In this document: positions 1-12,280 of the stretch, piece after piece
How the letters are laid out: every line of letters starts with the position of its first letter
Position numbering within the stretch: position 1 is the first letter of the stretch
Origin: Eledone cirrhosa
Lineage: Eukaryota
DNA: 64,000 bases
Assembly (NCBI GenBank): GCA_964016885.1
Contig: OZ024747.1
Span: 930,001-994,000 of the forward strand
Reading direction: 5' to 3'
Made by a program: the position numbers and the translations under genes
The notes under the pieces: generated by a model
Database searches by the model: none
What the model was told of the DNA's origin: nothing
The model's input: only the letters and a program-made list of their open reading frames with translations

Positions 1-286
1 TGTTTGCCCCCGTTGCTGTTTCTCTCTCTCTCTTAATCTTTACTATGTCTTCCTCTCTCTCCTTACTTCATTTGGAGGCTATCTCCCTCTCTCTCTTCGT
101 GTTGGGTTTGTCCTTTCTCTTATTTCCTCTGTCTCTGTTCCTTCTCGACCTCATTATCTCACACCACTCTCTCATTTTACCTTTTCTCTGTTCCTTCTCG
201 ACCTCGTTATCTTCCATCACTCTTCCTCCCTCTCTTTCTTTCGGTAGGTTTCACACTCTGTTCCTTCTCGACCTCATTATATCATG

Positions 287-382
<96 letters not shown>

Positions 383-1850
383 CCTCTTCCACTATCTATC
401 TATCTCTTTAAATGGTTTCACTTCTGTCGTTCCTCTCTTCCTTCTCGACCTCTTTATCGCCTCTTTCCTCCGCTCCTATATTCTCTGTCAAACTCTCCCT
501 CTCTCTCAGATACTTCTCTCTATCTTTTTTACACTCCTTATTTACCCTCTTTATTCGCGACATTTTATTTCTCAGTGTCAATCTTTTTCCCTAATAAATT
601 ATTTCCTTCTCGACCTTACATATTTCTCCTTCATACTTCTCATCTCTTTTATCACTTCCTCTATATATATCCAACCTCATCTACTGTCTTTCTCTTTCCA
701 TCTCAGTCTTTTCTCCATTCTTCCTTTTTCCTTCTCCAACAGGACTAATCTATCTTTTACTCTTATTTTTTATCCCACTTCGTTTTTTTACACCTCTCTT
801 TTAATTCACACCTTAATTTATAGTAATCACTACTCCCTCTCTCTCTCATTCTCTCTATCTATATCCTTTACTCTTCCTCATTTTTTCTATACCCTTTACT
901 TTACAAAATTCACAACCCTCCACATATGTATAAAGAGAGAGAAGGAGAGAGAGAGAGAGAGAACTTAACCTCCCTCCCTTCCTCTCTATTCCATTTACTC
1001 GTTCTCTCTATTCTTTCTATTCGTCTCTCTTCCTCTCTATAACCTTCACTCACTCCCCCTCTCTTTATCTACATAGTTTGTCTTCGTACACACTACTTAG
1101 TCTCTATCTATAACCTTTACACAATCCTTTATTCTCCCTCTCTATCTTACATATTATCCAATAGGTTTGTCACCGATTCGTACCATCCCCCTCTCTCTCT
1201 ACTATTACTATTTCTCTACTTCATTTTCTCAACCTTTCCTCTACATTTTACCCACTCTTTCTTTAATATTTCCTAGTATATATTATCTTCTTTCCTTCTA
1301 AATTCAAATGTATTTTCTTTATCTTTTTATATCATTCTGTTTATGTTTTCGTCTAATTTAGTCTCTCTCTCGTTATTTTAGTTTATCTCTTTTCTCCTTT
1401 ATATTAATTACTGTTGCTCCTCTCTCTCAACTACACCCGTCAATAATGTTTCTCTCCTCTCAAACTACATCACCTCATATTTTCTCTTGCCTTCTCTATC
1501 ACCCATCTTCTTTATTTACATCATTCTCTCTGCCAGCCTTCTACTTTATCCCCCCCCCCCATTTCAGTCTCTATCTTTCCATAACACTTCTCTCTCTCTC
1601 TCTCTCTCTCTTTCTCCTATAACGCTACTTTAGTCTATCTAAAAGAAAATTCCTCTTTCTATTCCGTCTTTTCTAAGTTCGGCCTCCCCTTCACACCCTC
1701 TCTCACATATTCCCTTTCTACACCTCCCTCTCTCAATCCATTCTTCTATGTCTCCTGTTGCAGCCACTTTTCCCTTCTTCACTCCATATATAAATAGTAG
1801 TCTCCTTCCTTTCAACTGCCGTCTTCACTCGCTTCCCTCAATTTCTACTG
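1..1850. repeat. Pyrimidine-rich low-complexity tract with pure (CT)n at ~287-379 and a recurrent degenerate motif ttccttctcgacct
   Basis: CT-rich throughout; motif recurs near 137, 191, 261, 438 and 604; the overlapping ORFs are Ser/Leu artefacts. Confidence 0.85.
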
Positions 1851-2351
1851 TGTTCGTTTCATATATGAATAATGTGCATGTATATATATGTATAATGTGC
1901 ATGTATTATATGTATAATGTGCATGTATATATATGTATAATGTGCATGTATATATATGTATAATGTGTCTGTATATATAAACGTGTCTGTATATATATGT
2001 ATAATGTGCATGTATATATATGTATATATACATACATGTATGTATATATATAATATGTGTGTATGTGTAATGTATGTGACTGTGTATGTATATATATATC
2101 TATATATATATATATATATGTGTATATGTATGTATGTGTGTATATATATATATATATGTCTATATACCTAGAACAAACGCCCTCTATGTATGTATCGGGC
2201 GTTTGTTTGCACCATGCAACCAGGCGAACCACTTTTACACAGTCCATCGGCCTGCTAGAAATAGCAGCTGAATCTACCTCAAATAACACCCTACAGTGAT
2301 TTACAAAATGACAATATTCACAGCTGCAACACATTTTAACACAGGGGTATG

Positions 2352-2384
<33 letters not shown>

Positions 2385-2388
2385 TATA

Positions 2389-2470
2389 AGGCGTGTGGCT
2401 GAGTGGTTAGAGAACTGGACCGGGCGATGCGTTATGTCCTTGAGCAAGACACTTTATTTCACGTTGCTCC
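2389..2470 (+). mobile_element. Internally deleted tRNA-derived SINE with a CORE/MESC-like central domain
   Basis: A-box-like ggcgtgtggctgagtggttag followed by tgtccttgagcaagacactttatttcacgttgc; same family at 14480-14723 (-). Confidence 0.65.
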
Positions 2471-2755
2471 TTCTACCTGGAGTTGCGGCCGATAGATAAT
2501 ATTAGCAATTGGAAAGACCAATTGAAACACTGTTTCCTCGGTCCGATTTGACGAAAGTCAATCGTTAGGAATATATATATATTTTTGCTACAATGTTTTC
2601 TATACCTTTCATTTATATATATATATATATGGATAATTTATTAATATATAAACGGAAAAATTGAAACGAAATTTCATACTTATATTAATATATATTTATC
2701 CTTTAATAGAGATTTTTAAGTATTAGAAACAGTTAACTTTATAGAGCTATAAATT

Positions 2756-2836
<81 letters not shown>

Positions 2837-2840
<4 letters not shown>

Positions 2841-3247
2841 TGGTTGCGAACTCGTTTTCGAGTACGGCCACTACTTTATATCCATCTAGGAGAACCCCTA
2901 CTGATGCGCTGAACGAGTGTGACTTTTTAGTCCAGCCAGTGACTTGAAAACTCTGGTACAAACACTACACTTGTGACAATTATTGACACATAGTGCTGGG
3001 CCCATGGTACCATGTGACGACAAGTGCAGAGAGATCTCCAGATATAAAGCAATGCCTCTGCCGTGAAGCTTTTATAGTGAGCAAAGGCACTGCACAAAGC
3101 CAGTCCCACTGTCTTAACCAAGATGATATTTACCAAAAAGAAGAACAAGTCAACATCATTGGATACCATCAGGGTTGCAGGTGTTATATCAGAATTTTCC
3201 TTCTCCTAGAATTTTGCCTTGACAAAGGCTAAGGGGTCATCTCTCCC

Positions 3248-3250
<3 letters not shown>
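2837..3250 (-). mobile_element. Non-autonomous RTE-derived element, 5'-truncated copy between (TA)n tracts
   Basis: Near-identical reverse complement of ~38528-38930. Confidence 0.8.
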
Positions 3251-3331
<81 letters not shown>

Positions 3332-3338
3332 AGGAGAG

Positions 3339-3381
<43 letters not shown>

Positions 3382-3463
3382 TCTGTTTGTTCAATTCTCA
3401 ATCTTCTTACTCCTTAGTTTTATAATGTTATTCTGAATTCTTTCAACTTCATCCGATGGAGTT

Positions 3464-4464
3464 AAGCAATATTTTGAGGTTCCAACTTTCTGTCGGACTG
3501 TTGGGTGGGTTTTGATGGCGGCGCGACCAGCTCCCTGGTGAACGAGCTGACCTGGAGTGCTTGGAAAAATAAATTTCCCCTTCTTTCGGTAAATGAAAAT
3601 ACTCGGCGTGGCTTAATTCGCCATGGGGCCCGGGCGCGGCCGGTGTTTTAACCGCCACATAGTACCTTTAAATTACAGAACAAATCGGAACTATTAGATA
3701 TATCAACCTGAAAGTGTTAAACTGTTGAACTTTAAATTTTCTAACCTCTTTGATTTTGAATATTGTTTAACTTCATCCTATAAGTCTAAACATTGTAACA
3801 CACTGACCCCCAATATATTCACCTCTGATAAGATGCGGGTCTCTGTGAAAATTTTCTCGCGCCACTCCTGGCCCGACTGTGGTGTGACATTAATATCGAC
3901 CTTCCTTCCTCTCTCTTTCTATCTTCCTTCTTGTAGCCATCAACCATTACCCTTCTACTTCTCTAAGCAAAATTTTAAAGTTCCAACTTTCTGTCGGACT
4001 GTTGGGTGGGTTTTAATGGCGCGACCAGCTCCTTGGCGAACGAGCTGACCTGGAGTGCTTGGAAAAATAAATTTCCCCTTCTTTCGGTAAATGAAAATAC
4101 TCGGCGTAGCTTAATTCGCCACGGGGCCCTGGGCGCGGCCGGTGTTTTAACCGCCACATAGTACCTTTAAATTACAGAACAAATCGGAACTATTATATAA
4201 TAAAAGTTAAACGGTTGAACTTTGAATTTTCTAACCTCTTTAATATTGAATATTGATTATTAATTTTTTTAACTTCATCCTAGAAGTCTAAACACTGTAA
4301 CACAGTGACTCCCAAAATATTACCTCTGCTAAGATGCGGGTCCCTGTGAAAATTTTCTCGCGTCACTCCTGGCCTGACTGTGGTATGACATTAATATCGA
4401 CCTTTCTTCATCTTTCTTTCTATCTTCCCTCTTGTAGCCATCAACCCTTACTTTTCTACTTCTC
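3464..4464 (+). repeat. Diverged tandem duplication with a period of ~501 bp, inside a probable PLE 3' fragment
   Basis: aagcaa..tttt..gttccaactttctgtcggactgttgggtggg starts at both 3464 and 3965 and stays collinear through tagccatcaacc..ttctacttctct. Confidence 0.9.
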
Positions 4465-4854
4465 TCTTCTCTTCCTTCTCTTCTCCCCTCTTCCTGTCTT
4501 CATCCCGCAGACTTATCTTCCTTCCCCCTCCTGCTTGCCTATATCTGACCAGTAGTAGTTGCCTTTCTTCTTTTAGCTGACATTAACCCTTGCCTCTCTT
4601 CCTCTTTCTTCCCCTTTCTTCTCTCTCCTTCCTTTCTTTCTTTCTTTTACCTTGTGTCATGAGATTGACGTTAACTTATGTTCCCATCCCTTTCTGTTTT
4701 CGTTCATCTGACCGGTGGTAGCATACTATAAACTTTAGCCACGTCACTCCAGGGCGACCGGCTGAGGTTGAAGGAACAGAATAGCGGTCGCCCTCGGGTC
4801 CTCGATTTTCAGCCCCATGGATGTTATCTATTACATTCACGTATTATATTTCGA

Positions 4855-4912
4855 ATACCTGATGATGTCACCGGATTCATACGGAACCCGGTCATTGAAA
4901 TGATCATAGTAT
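4855..4912 (+). ncRNA. Type I hammerhead ribozyme (PLE type)
   Basis: atac-CTGATGA-[stem II accgg..ccggt]-GAAA-tgatca-TA-gtat, followed immediately by AATAAA. Confidence 0.75.
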
Positions 4913-4964
4913 AATAAACCTTTCAAGGATTTACACAAATCCAGCCTCCTGTCATTTCATTATG

Positions 4965-5073
<109 letters not shown>

Positions 5074-5086
5074 CATATATATATAC

Positions 5087-5237
<151 letters not shown>

Positions 5238-5238
5238 C

Positions 5239-5326
<88 letters not shown>

Positions 5327-5436
5327 TGTATGTTGGTTAATCTCCTGAAACTGTACAGTGCTCAACTTATCGAGCTGGAAGATGCCAATCATATGTAATA
5401 TAGAATATGCTTCGATCATTCCCGATGGGAGCTGTT

Positions 5437-5688
5437 TAAATGAAGTATTTCTGTAGGAAAGGTAAAGGAAGAAAGAGTGCTCTATGTAGGCTACAGAGCT
5501 TTTTAGTTATGTTTACATCCATGGTGTATGTTGGTTAATTTCCTAAACATAACACCAGGGATGTAACACTCTACCGTTTCAGGAAATTAACCAGCATACA
5601 GCATGGATGTAAACATAACTAAAAAACTCTGTAGCCTACATAGAGCACTCTTTTTTCCTTTACCTTTCCTACGGAAATACTTCATTTA
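5437..5688. repeat. Inverted repeat with ~108-bp arms and a ~36-bp spacer
   Basis: 5437-5544 is the reverse complement of 5581-5688 with a few mismatches; a third partial direct copy lies at ~5323-5360. Confidence 0.9.
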
Positions 5689-5704
5689 TATATCTATATA
5701 TATT

Positions 5705-6170
5705 TGTAGCGGCCCCTTACGGCTGTAACTCAGCACGTATAGGAGTTGCGTCCCTTTACGACAGTCGCGACCGTCACAAAGGGATGCAACTCCTATGCGT
5801 ATCTGTCACTGGGAATTGCGAACTGTAGCGGCCCCTTACGGCTGTAACTCAGCACGTATAGGAGTTGCGTCCCTTTGCGACGGTCGCGACTCCCAGTGGC
5901 AGATCCATGTACTAAATGGAGTTGCGTCCCCCTGGGGACTATATATTTGAGGACATCAAGGCAGTAACTCTCTCACTTCCTGCACCGGCAGCCGAAAGGA
6001 CCACTTGAACATTACCAAGAGAAGATTTCTGTTCTTCTCTACACACTCCGGTCTGGGAGTTGTGACCAACAGACCATCAACATGTGGTAAAAATTATTTC
6101 TATTTATTTATTTGACTTCTGTGAAGTAAAACCATGTCACAGCACTCACCTGCATTTATTGTCATTCTTA
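5705..6170 (+). mobile_element. Solo-LTR-like sequence with a duplicated and inverted 5' end
   Basis: Starts TGTAGCGG twice (5705 and 5824); TATA-like tatatatttgag at ~5940; GC-richer than the flanks; the LTR identity is inferred. Confidence 0.4.
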
Positions 6171-6203
6171 ATAATATATATACACTGATACTAACATTCT
6201 AAA

Positions 6204-6978
6204 AGTTGTTAGCTGTCGAGACACTGCATCCTTTAAAACCCCCATGGAACAAACTCCCTGCATCAGTTGTTAGCTGTCAAGACACTGCATCCTTTAAAAC
6301 TTCCATGGAACAAACTACCTGCATCAGTTGTTAGCTGTCGAGACACTGCATCCTTTAAAACCTCCATGGAACAAACTACCTGCATCAGTTGTTCGTTCTC
6401 GAGACACTGCATCCTTTAAAACCTCCATGGGACAAACTACCTGCATCAGTTGTTAACTGTCGAGACACTGCATCCTTTAAAACCTCCATGGAACAAACTC
6501 CCTGCATCAGTTGTTAGCTGTTGAGACACTGCATCCTTTAAAACCTCCATGGAACAAACTACCTGCATCAGTTGTTAGCTGTCGAGACACTGCATCCTTT
6601 AAAACCTCCATGGAACAAACTACCTACATCAGTTGTTAACTGTCGAGACACTGCATCCTTTAAAACGTCCATGGAACAAACTACCTGCATCAGTTGTTCG
6701 TTCTCGAGACACTGCATCCTTTAAAACCTCCATGGGACAAACTACCTGCATCAGTTGTTCATTCTCGAGACACTGCATCCTTTAAAACCTCCATGGAACA
6801 AACTACCTGCATCAGTTGTTAGCTGTCGAGACACTGCATCCTTTAAAACGTCCATGGAACAAACTACCTGCATCAGTTGTTAGCTGTCGAGACACTGCAT
6901 CCTTTAAAACCTCCATGGAACAAACTACCTGCATCAGTTGTTAGCTGTCAAGACACTGCATCCTTTAAAACCTCCATG
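6204..6978 (+). repeat. 61-bp minisatellite (~12.7 copies) derived from a CR1-type LINE ORF2 C-terminus
   Basis: Units start at 6204, 6265, 6326...; the unit encodes WNKLPASVVSCRDTASFKTSM. Confidence 0.9.
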
Positions 6979-7165
6979 CTTTCTGAGATTCGCCAACACT
7001 ACATCTAATATTCCCCCTCCATACACATGCACACATGTATATCATGACTCATACACTATTCACTTCCCTGACATTTGTATATTACTCTATGTACTATACA
7101 TGCACCTTTGATGAGTTGTAGTGCACCTGAGCACTGTACACAATAATTTCATTCATTCGTTATTA
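6979..7165 (+). mobile_element. CR1/L2-type LINE 3' UTR with a terminal stem-loop and tail
   Basis: Continues directly from the last minisatellite unit; agtgc-acctga-gcact hairpin, then aataatttcattcatt tail. Confidence 0.65.
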
Positions 7166-7299
7166 AGAATCGAACTCCGTATCTCTCAAACTTCGACTGT
7201 GTGCTCTAACCATTGACGTTTAGGTCCTTCAACGACCCCAGCTTCCATAGTAATGGTTTGAGAGTCAGCATATACAAAAGTGGGAGAGATGGTACCATT

Positions 7300-7830
7300 G
7301 GCAGACGGAGCGACCGAAATGATTCCGATAGGTGGCCATTTACTCTGATCACTGAGTAGATTCCGTTGTGCAGAATTAATACGATCTAACCTCTCAAGTA
7401 AAAATCTGCTGCTTTGAGGACAACGTCTAAGTATTGATGGTCCACACTATCGGAAGCTTTCGTTTAATCCAAATTGATGAGAGCCCCACTGAAGACAGAT
7501 TTACTCTTTACCCTCTCTATGATGTATCACATGAGGTGAAGGTTATCGTGGATTGAGTTAGTCGAGATTGGGCATGTCAGCACTTTTCCGACCACATTCT
7601 CGACAAGCGCCAACCTTTTTGTTAGCACCATGGCGAAAATCTTCAAATCTGTTTAGCTGAGTTATGGACCGGCCATTTTCAGTTGTGCCCCTTTATAGAA
7701 CTGAGAATTCTTCCATTCTAGTAGACAGCTTCCAGGACATCGACCAACAAGTCTGGCAAATCTACGTAAAGCTCGTAGAGCAGATCGTGTATTTAAGATG
7801 TCACTCCAGAGGAACCCTACCGCCACGACC

Positions 7831-7867
<37 letters not shown>

Positions 7868-8217
7868 TAACAGTAAAGGCTTCCAGACACCCTAAAACAT
7901 TTGGTCGTCATGCCTCAGTCGGAGCATTGACGGCCACCAGTCTGAAAATACCACTTTCGTTACTCTTCACGTCTAGGTCTAATAGCTTAGTATCCAGGTC
8001 CTGGAAGATCGTTGGAACCTCGAAGTTCAGCCCTTTCCGAAATAGCTTCTCATTTCAGACCGACTAAGTGATGCGTAGATCTCAAAGGCGGCAAAAATGG
8101 GTGCTAGAGCGCGTGTATCGGAAATCCTGCTCTCTGACGTCTGTCACCCCAATAAGTAGACTTGAGGTCGTTGAGCAAGCCACGTGCATTTAAACATATT
8201 ACACTTACAGTTGGCAT
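7300..8217 (-). mobile_element. Degenerate L1/Tx1-like ORF2 APE-endonuclease fragment, interrupted by (CA)n
   Basis: Minus strand from 8217 reads MPTVSVICLNARGL, an APE domain start similar to 63959 MANIRVGCVNARGL; stops and frameshifts follow. Confidence 0.65.
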
Positions 8218-8645
8218 GCTGGCCGGAAAAGAAGGAGTAGAAAAAATGTGTGTGTGTGTTCTTAGCCTCTATGTGTGTGTGTATGTGCGCACACACCCAC
8301 ACGCATACATGTAGCAACAACTCACATAATTGAAGAGCAGAATTCCAATATAAGTTTACGCTAGTTTAGTTTCACAGAGTTTCCTCCCTTCCACCACCAA
8401 CTGTTTATCAACCTAGTTGTTTTCTAAACTCGTTAGTAACGGAAAGAAAACCATTGCCAACGGTAATTTTTGAGACCTGCAAGAGGGAGAAGTATAGTAT
8501 TCTAAAACCGGAAACGTGGACGGAATGCTTGTACCAAATTAGACTCTGCTAAATATACACAAAATAACAGGAAGCTCTATTAATCAAGGCAATAGATCAA
8601 GTCTATCACAGAAGTAGGGTCTTTGGTCTAACGTTACCCGATGGA

Positions 8646-8745
8646 GTGTGTAGCTCAGAGATTAGAGGGTCACTCCAAGTAGAGCTGCTACTTCTCCGAA
8701 TGAAGAGATCACAGTTCCGATATTACGGACATGCAGTTAGAATGT
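8646..8745 (+). mobile_element. RTE LINE fragment
   Basis: SSEIRGSLQVELLLLRMKRSQFRYYGHAVRM resembles the RTE 'RSQLRWFGHxxRM' motif. Confidence 0.6.
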
Positions 8746-8758
8746 TTGTTTTCATTGT

Positions 8759-8822
<64 letters not shown>

Positions 8823-8910
8823 CACACACAGGGTGTCCCCCAAACATGTATAGATATGTATCATAAGAAATGAGTAGAGATGAAACACCGTGTAAGATGT
8901 AAAGCGTGTT

Positions 8911-8938
8911 TGTATTGCCTTCTCCTCCATTTATTTTG

Positions 8939-8974
<36 letters not shown>

Positions 8975-9002
8975 CAAAATAAATGGAGGAGAAGGCAATA
9001 CA
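8911..9002. repeat. Perfect 92-bp palindrome with a (TA)n centre
   Basis: tgtattgccttctcctccatttattttgat-(TA)16-atcaaaataaatggaggagaaggcaataca. Confidence 0.9.
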
Positions 9003-9170
9003 TATATATATATATATATATATAAATACTTAGGTTAATAGGAGTTAGGTATTGTATACCCGTGTCCCATTAAGGTATTGGCAGCATAATAATTAGCTCT
9101 ATGCTTTGGAGCAGAGCCGTATATATGAAAAAGAACACAAGAGCGTCTACAACATCAAAAGATTTTTATT

Positions 9171-9217
9171 GGCTTACAATGTTTCTTCCTTACGTAACCG
9201 TAGGATTCGTCAGAGCT
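9171..9217 (-). ncRNA. Type I hammerhead ribozyme (PLE type)
   Basis: Minus strand: gct-CTGACGA-atcctacg gtta cgtaagga a-GAAA-cattg-TA-agc, followed by caataaaa. Confidence 0.75.
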
Positions 9218-9900
9218 ATAAAAGGGGTTTGATTGGTGTTATGGACTCTACCAACCAAACATTCAAGAACAAAGAGTAAAGAGAGTAAAGAGCAAAAGTA
9301 GGGGACCATAAGTCTAATTTTGGTGCGGGAGGGTGGGGTGTGGGTCCTTGTTTACTAGCTGCGGTCATATTCATTCCCGGGAGTCGGGTGGTTAGCTGAA
9401 CCATAGATGGGGTGGCGTCGATAGTATGGTGCAGAGGGTGCGCAGAGGCTACACAAACACAAACGGCGTAGAATACATATATACATATAGCGGAGGAGAA
9501 GGTACATGAGGTAATTAGAAATGGAAAAAGAGTAATAATAATAATCTATAATTAATAGTGTATAATAAGGCATGGGGAAGATTACACTATAATAAGGTAT
9601 AAAAGTAAGAATAAGGTAAAATATAAAGGAGGATAAAAGTGGAAATAATAAAGATAAAAAAATATATAGAGAATATATAGAGAAATATAAGCGAATATTT
9701 GGAGGGGAAAACACAATGTAAAAAAACCGATTTTTTCAAATAATAATAAAAATATAATAATTATGGGGGGAGAAAACGGGATAGAGAAATATGATCAAGT
9801 GTGATTAGTTGAGAGAATATAAGATGATAATAGTTATTATATATATATGGATTATGTATATATATATATCTATTATATATATACTAGCAGAGGTAAAAGC

Positions 9901-10015
9901 AACTTGAGGACGATACTGGATGTACTGCGGAAGAACTGGCAAACGCTATGAGAGACAGAGATGGATGGAGGAAACGTGTAGTAGAAAGCCGAGCAAGCTC
10001 GACCTGATGATGATG
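9901..10015 (+). mobile_element. RTE LINE 3' end with (TGA)n tail
   Basis: LEDDTGCTAEELANAMRDRDGWRKRV..ST* then tgatgatgatg. Confidence 0.7.
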
Positions 10016-11127
10016 TATACCATTTATGTCAATACTTCAGAGCTGCTTCGAAAACTATACTTTTACAAAATCATCGGCTTTTTCCAAAAGGAGGTTCCTG
10101 CCCCCAGGGGTCCCCTACTCAATATGTGCCAATTCTGAGAGTTCACGTTCATCTGTAGGACAAACGTAGCCCAATTGTCAAGTTTTGTTAAAATAGGTTG
10201 CGAACTCCAGAAGTTATGACGTTTTGTTGCATTACACTCTGCAGTGCTTCAGTCGACTCCAAGGAAGTGGTTAAAGGGGGTTATCTGCCGGGAGGCCCTA
10301 TAATCAATATCTGGAAAAATTAAAGTGCCCATGACCACCCGGAGTACATAAGTAACCTATGTCTTAAGTTTGGTGAAAATACTGTCGAAATGCATAAGGT
10401 TTATACATACGCGCGCGCGCGTGTGTGTGTTTGTGTGTGTGTGTGTTTGTGGGTGGGTATGTATTTGTGTGTGCGTATGTATGTGTATGTCCGTCGGTGC
10501 ATACGTATGTACTGGCCTAAATCTTCACTATTTACTTTTACTATTTTAATAACCTCTGTCATTTTCGTTTTCAATTTTATTTACATCATTCTTAAATTCT
10601 GGGGCTGGAAATCATTCTGTTATTTAAAATAGAATATTAGTCTAACGACTCCATTTATATCATAAATTTGGTCTTGTCTTTGCATGAAATTGTTCTTCTC
10701 GGTCCACATAACAACGTATTATCCTCGCTTTTTTTCCGTTCATTGCCACAGACAAATAAACTGCGTGGCAATTGTGGAACGCCCCACATACACACACATA
10801 CACGCATGGAAACGTGCACAACCACCCGTGCACTTCCACACACTTACACACTTACACATGTTGATAGTTTTTACTTTCTGTGGAACGCTGAACGCACGCA
10901 CACACATATAAACATACGCGCACGTACATACACACGCACACATGGTAATAGTTACAGCGTTCTCTTTGCCTCTCTGTTTCTTACTCTCCACTCTCACTCC
11001 CTCATTGACATTATGCTTATTAATTTAAGTTTGACGTCGTTGAGGTGGGCGGAGTCGTTTGAAACCTATGAACCAATGATAATCAAGAATTATGACACAC
11101 GGAATACTGACGTTGTTGAAATTAATA

Positions 11128-11157
11128 TATAGATATATAAAATTGAGGAAAGACGTA

Positions 11158-11239
<82 letters not shown>

Positions 11240-11807
11240 CCGAGAAGTACCCAACCGATCTTTTTCAAACTTTACATGTGTATTACTTATATTTCAGGGA
11301 GTGTTATGCACATAAAAAAAATTCAACTTTTTGATCCCCTAGGTGAAAAACTGCGTTTTTTCCAGCTTTTTAGGGGTTTTTTGAGGCGTTACGTCAAACC
11401 GATTTCCTTGAAATTGTAACTATGCATTAATCAGTCTCTTCTTCATACCGTGAGCAAAGAGAATCCAACTTTTTTTTATGGCCTAGGGCTCGCATTAGGT
11501 GAAAAACTTCATATTTTCAGCTTTTTAGGGCTTTTTTGAGGCGTTACGTCTAGCCGATTTCCCCGAAATTTCAAGGCATATTATGCACATAAAAAAATTC
11601 ATTTTCTTGATCCCCTAGGGCCCGCATTAGGTGAAAACCTGCCTTTTTCCTGTTTCATCGAGGAAAATCTTAGATTATCCAGCCATCAGAGAATTCGGTT
11701 TATTTTCTTTACATATTGTCCAGGCATGCAGTTTTTCCACGATTAGGTATATTGGCAGCCCGCGTTCCTAAATACCTTATTCCGTGCAACGCCGGGTACC
11801 ACTGCTA

Positions 11808-11808
<1 letters not shown>
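11128..11808 (+). mobile_element. Non-autonomous Helitron-like element
   Basis: 5' tatataaaa plus an internal (TG)n tract, internal direct repeats (ttttttgaggcgttacgtc twice), subterminal GC hairpin ccgtgcaacgccgg and terminal CTAG followed by T. Confidence 0.7.
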
Positions 11809-11885
<77 letters not shown>

Positions 11886-12280
11886 AAGGAATATAATTCG
11901 AGGGAGAAAACTCTACCACATTCCTACAAAAGTCCTTTCTGATTTCGAGTAGGTGAGCCGTTTCCTTAATAGAAGTATGTTATTTCCTCATACATTATAG
12001 ATATAAAAGATGGACACTTATTTCAGACCAAGGAATGTATTGGATTGGTTAGGTTTTTTACTTCAAATATTTTGAGTGTGAATTACTATTTTAAAACACG
12101 AAAAATTAAAATTCTAAGCGATATTGGAAGAGTTGTTTCCCTTGAAAAAAGTAAAAATGATTGTTCAGTTTCAGAATAAACCGGTGTCATTGTAGATGTA
12201 TGTATGTATGTATGTATGTATGTATGTATGTATGTATGTATGTATGTATGTATGTATGTATGTATGTATGTATGTATGCA

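Noticed and set aside
45-968. 307-aa hydrophobic ORF resembling a membrane protein
   Set aside because: Translation of CT-rich low-complexity DNA
7167-7220. tRNA gene
   Set aside because: Only A/B-box remnants of a SINE head; no cloverleaf
9990-10015. CTGATGA as a hammerhead core or C/D box
   Set aside because: It is the stop codon and (TGA)n tail of an RTE; no GAAA or stems
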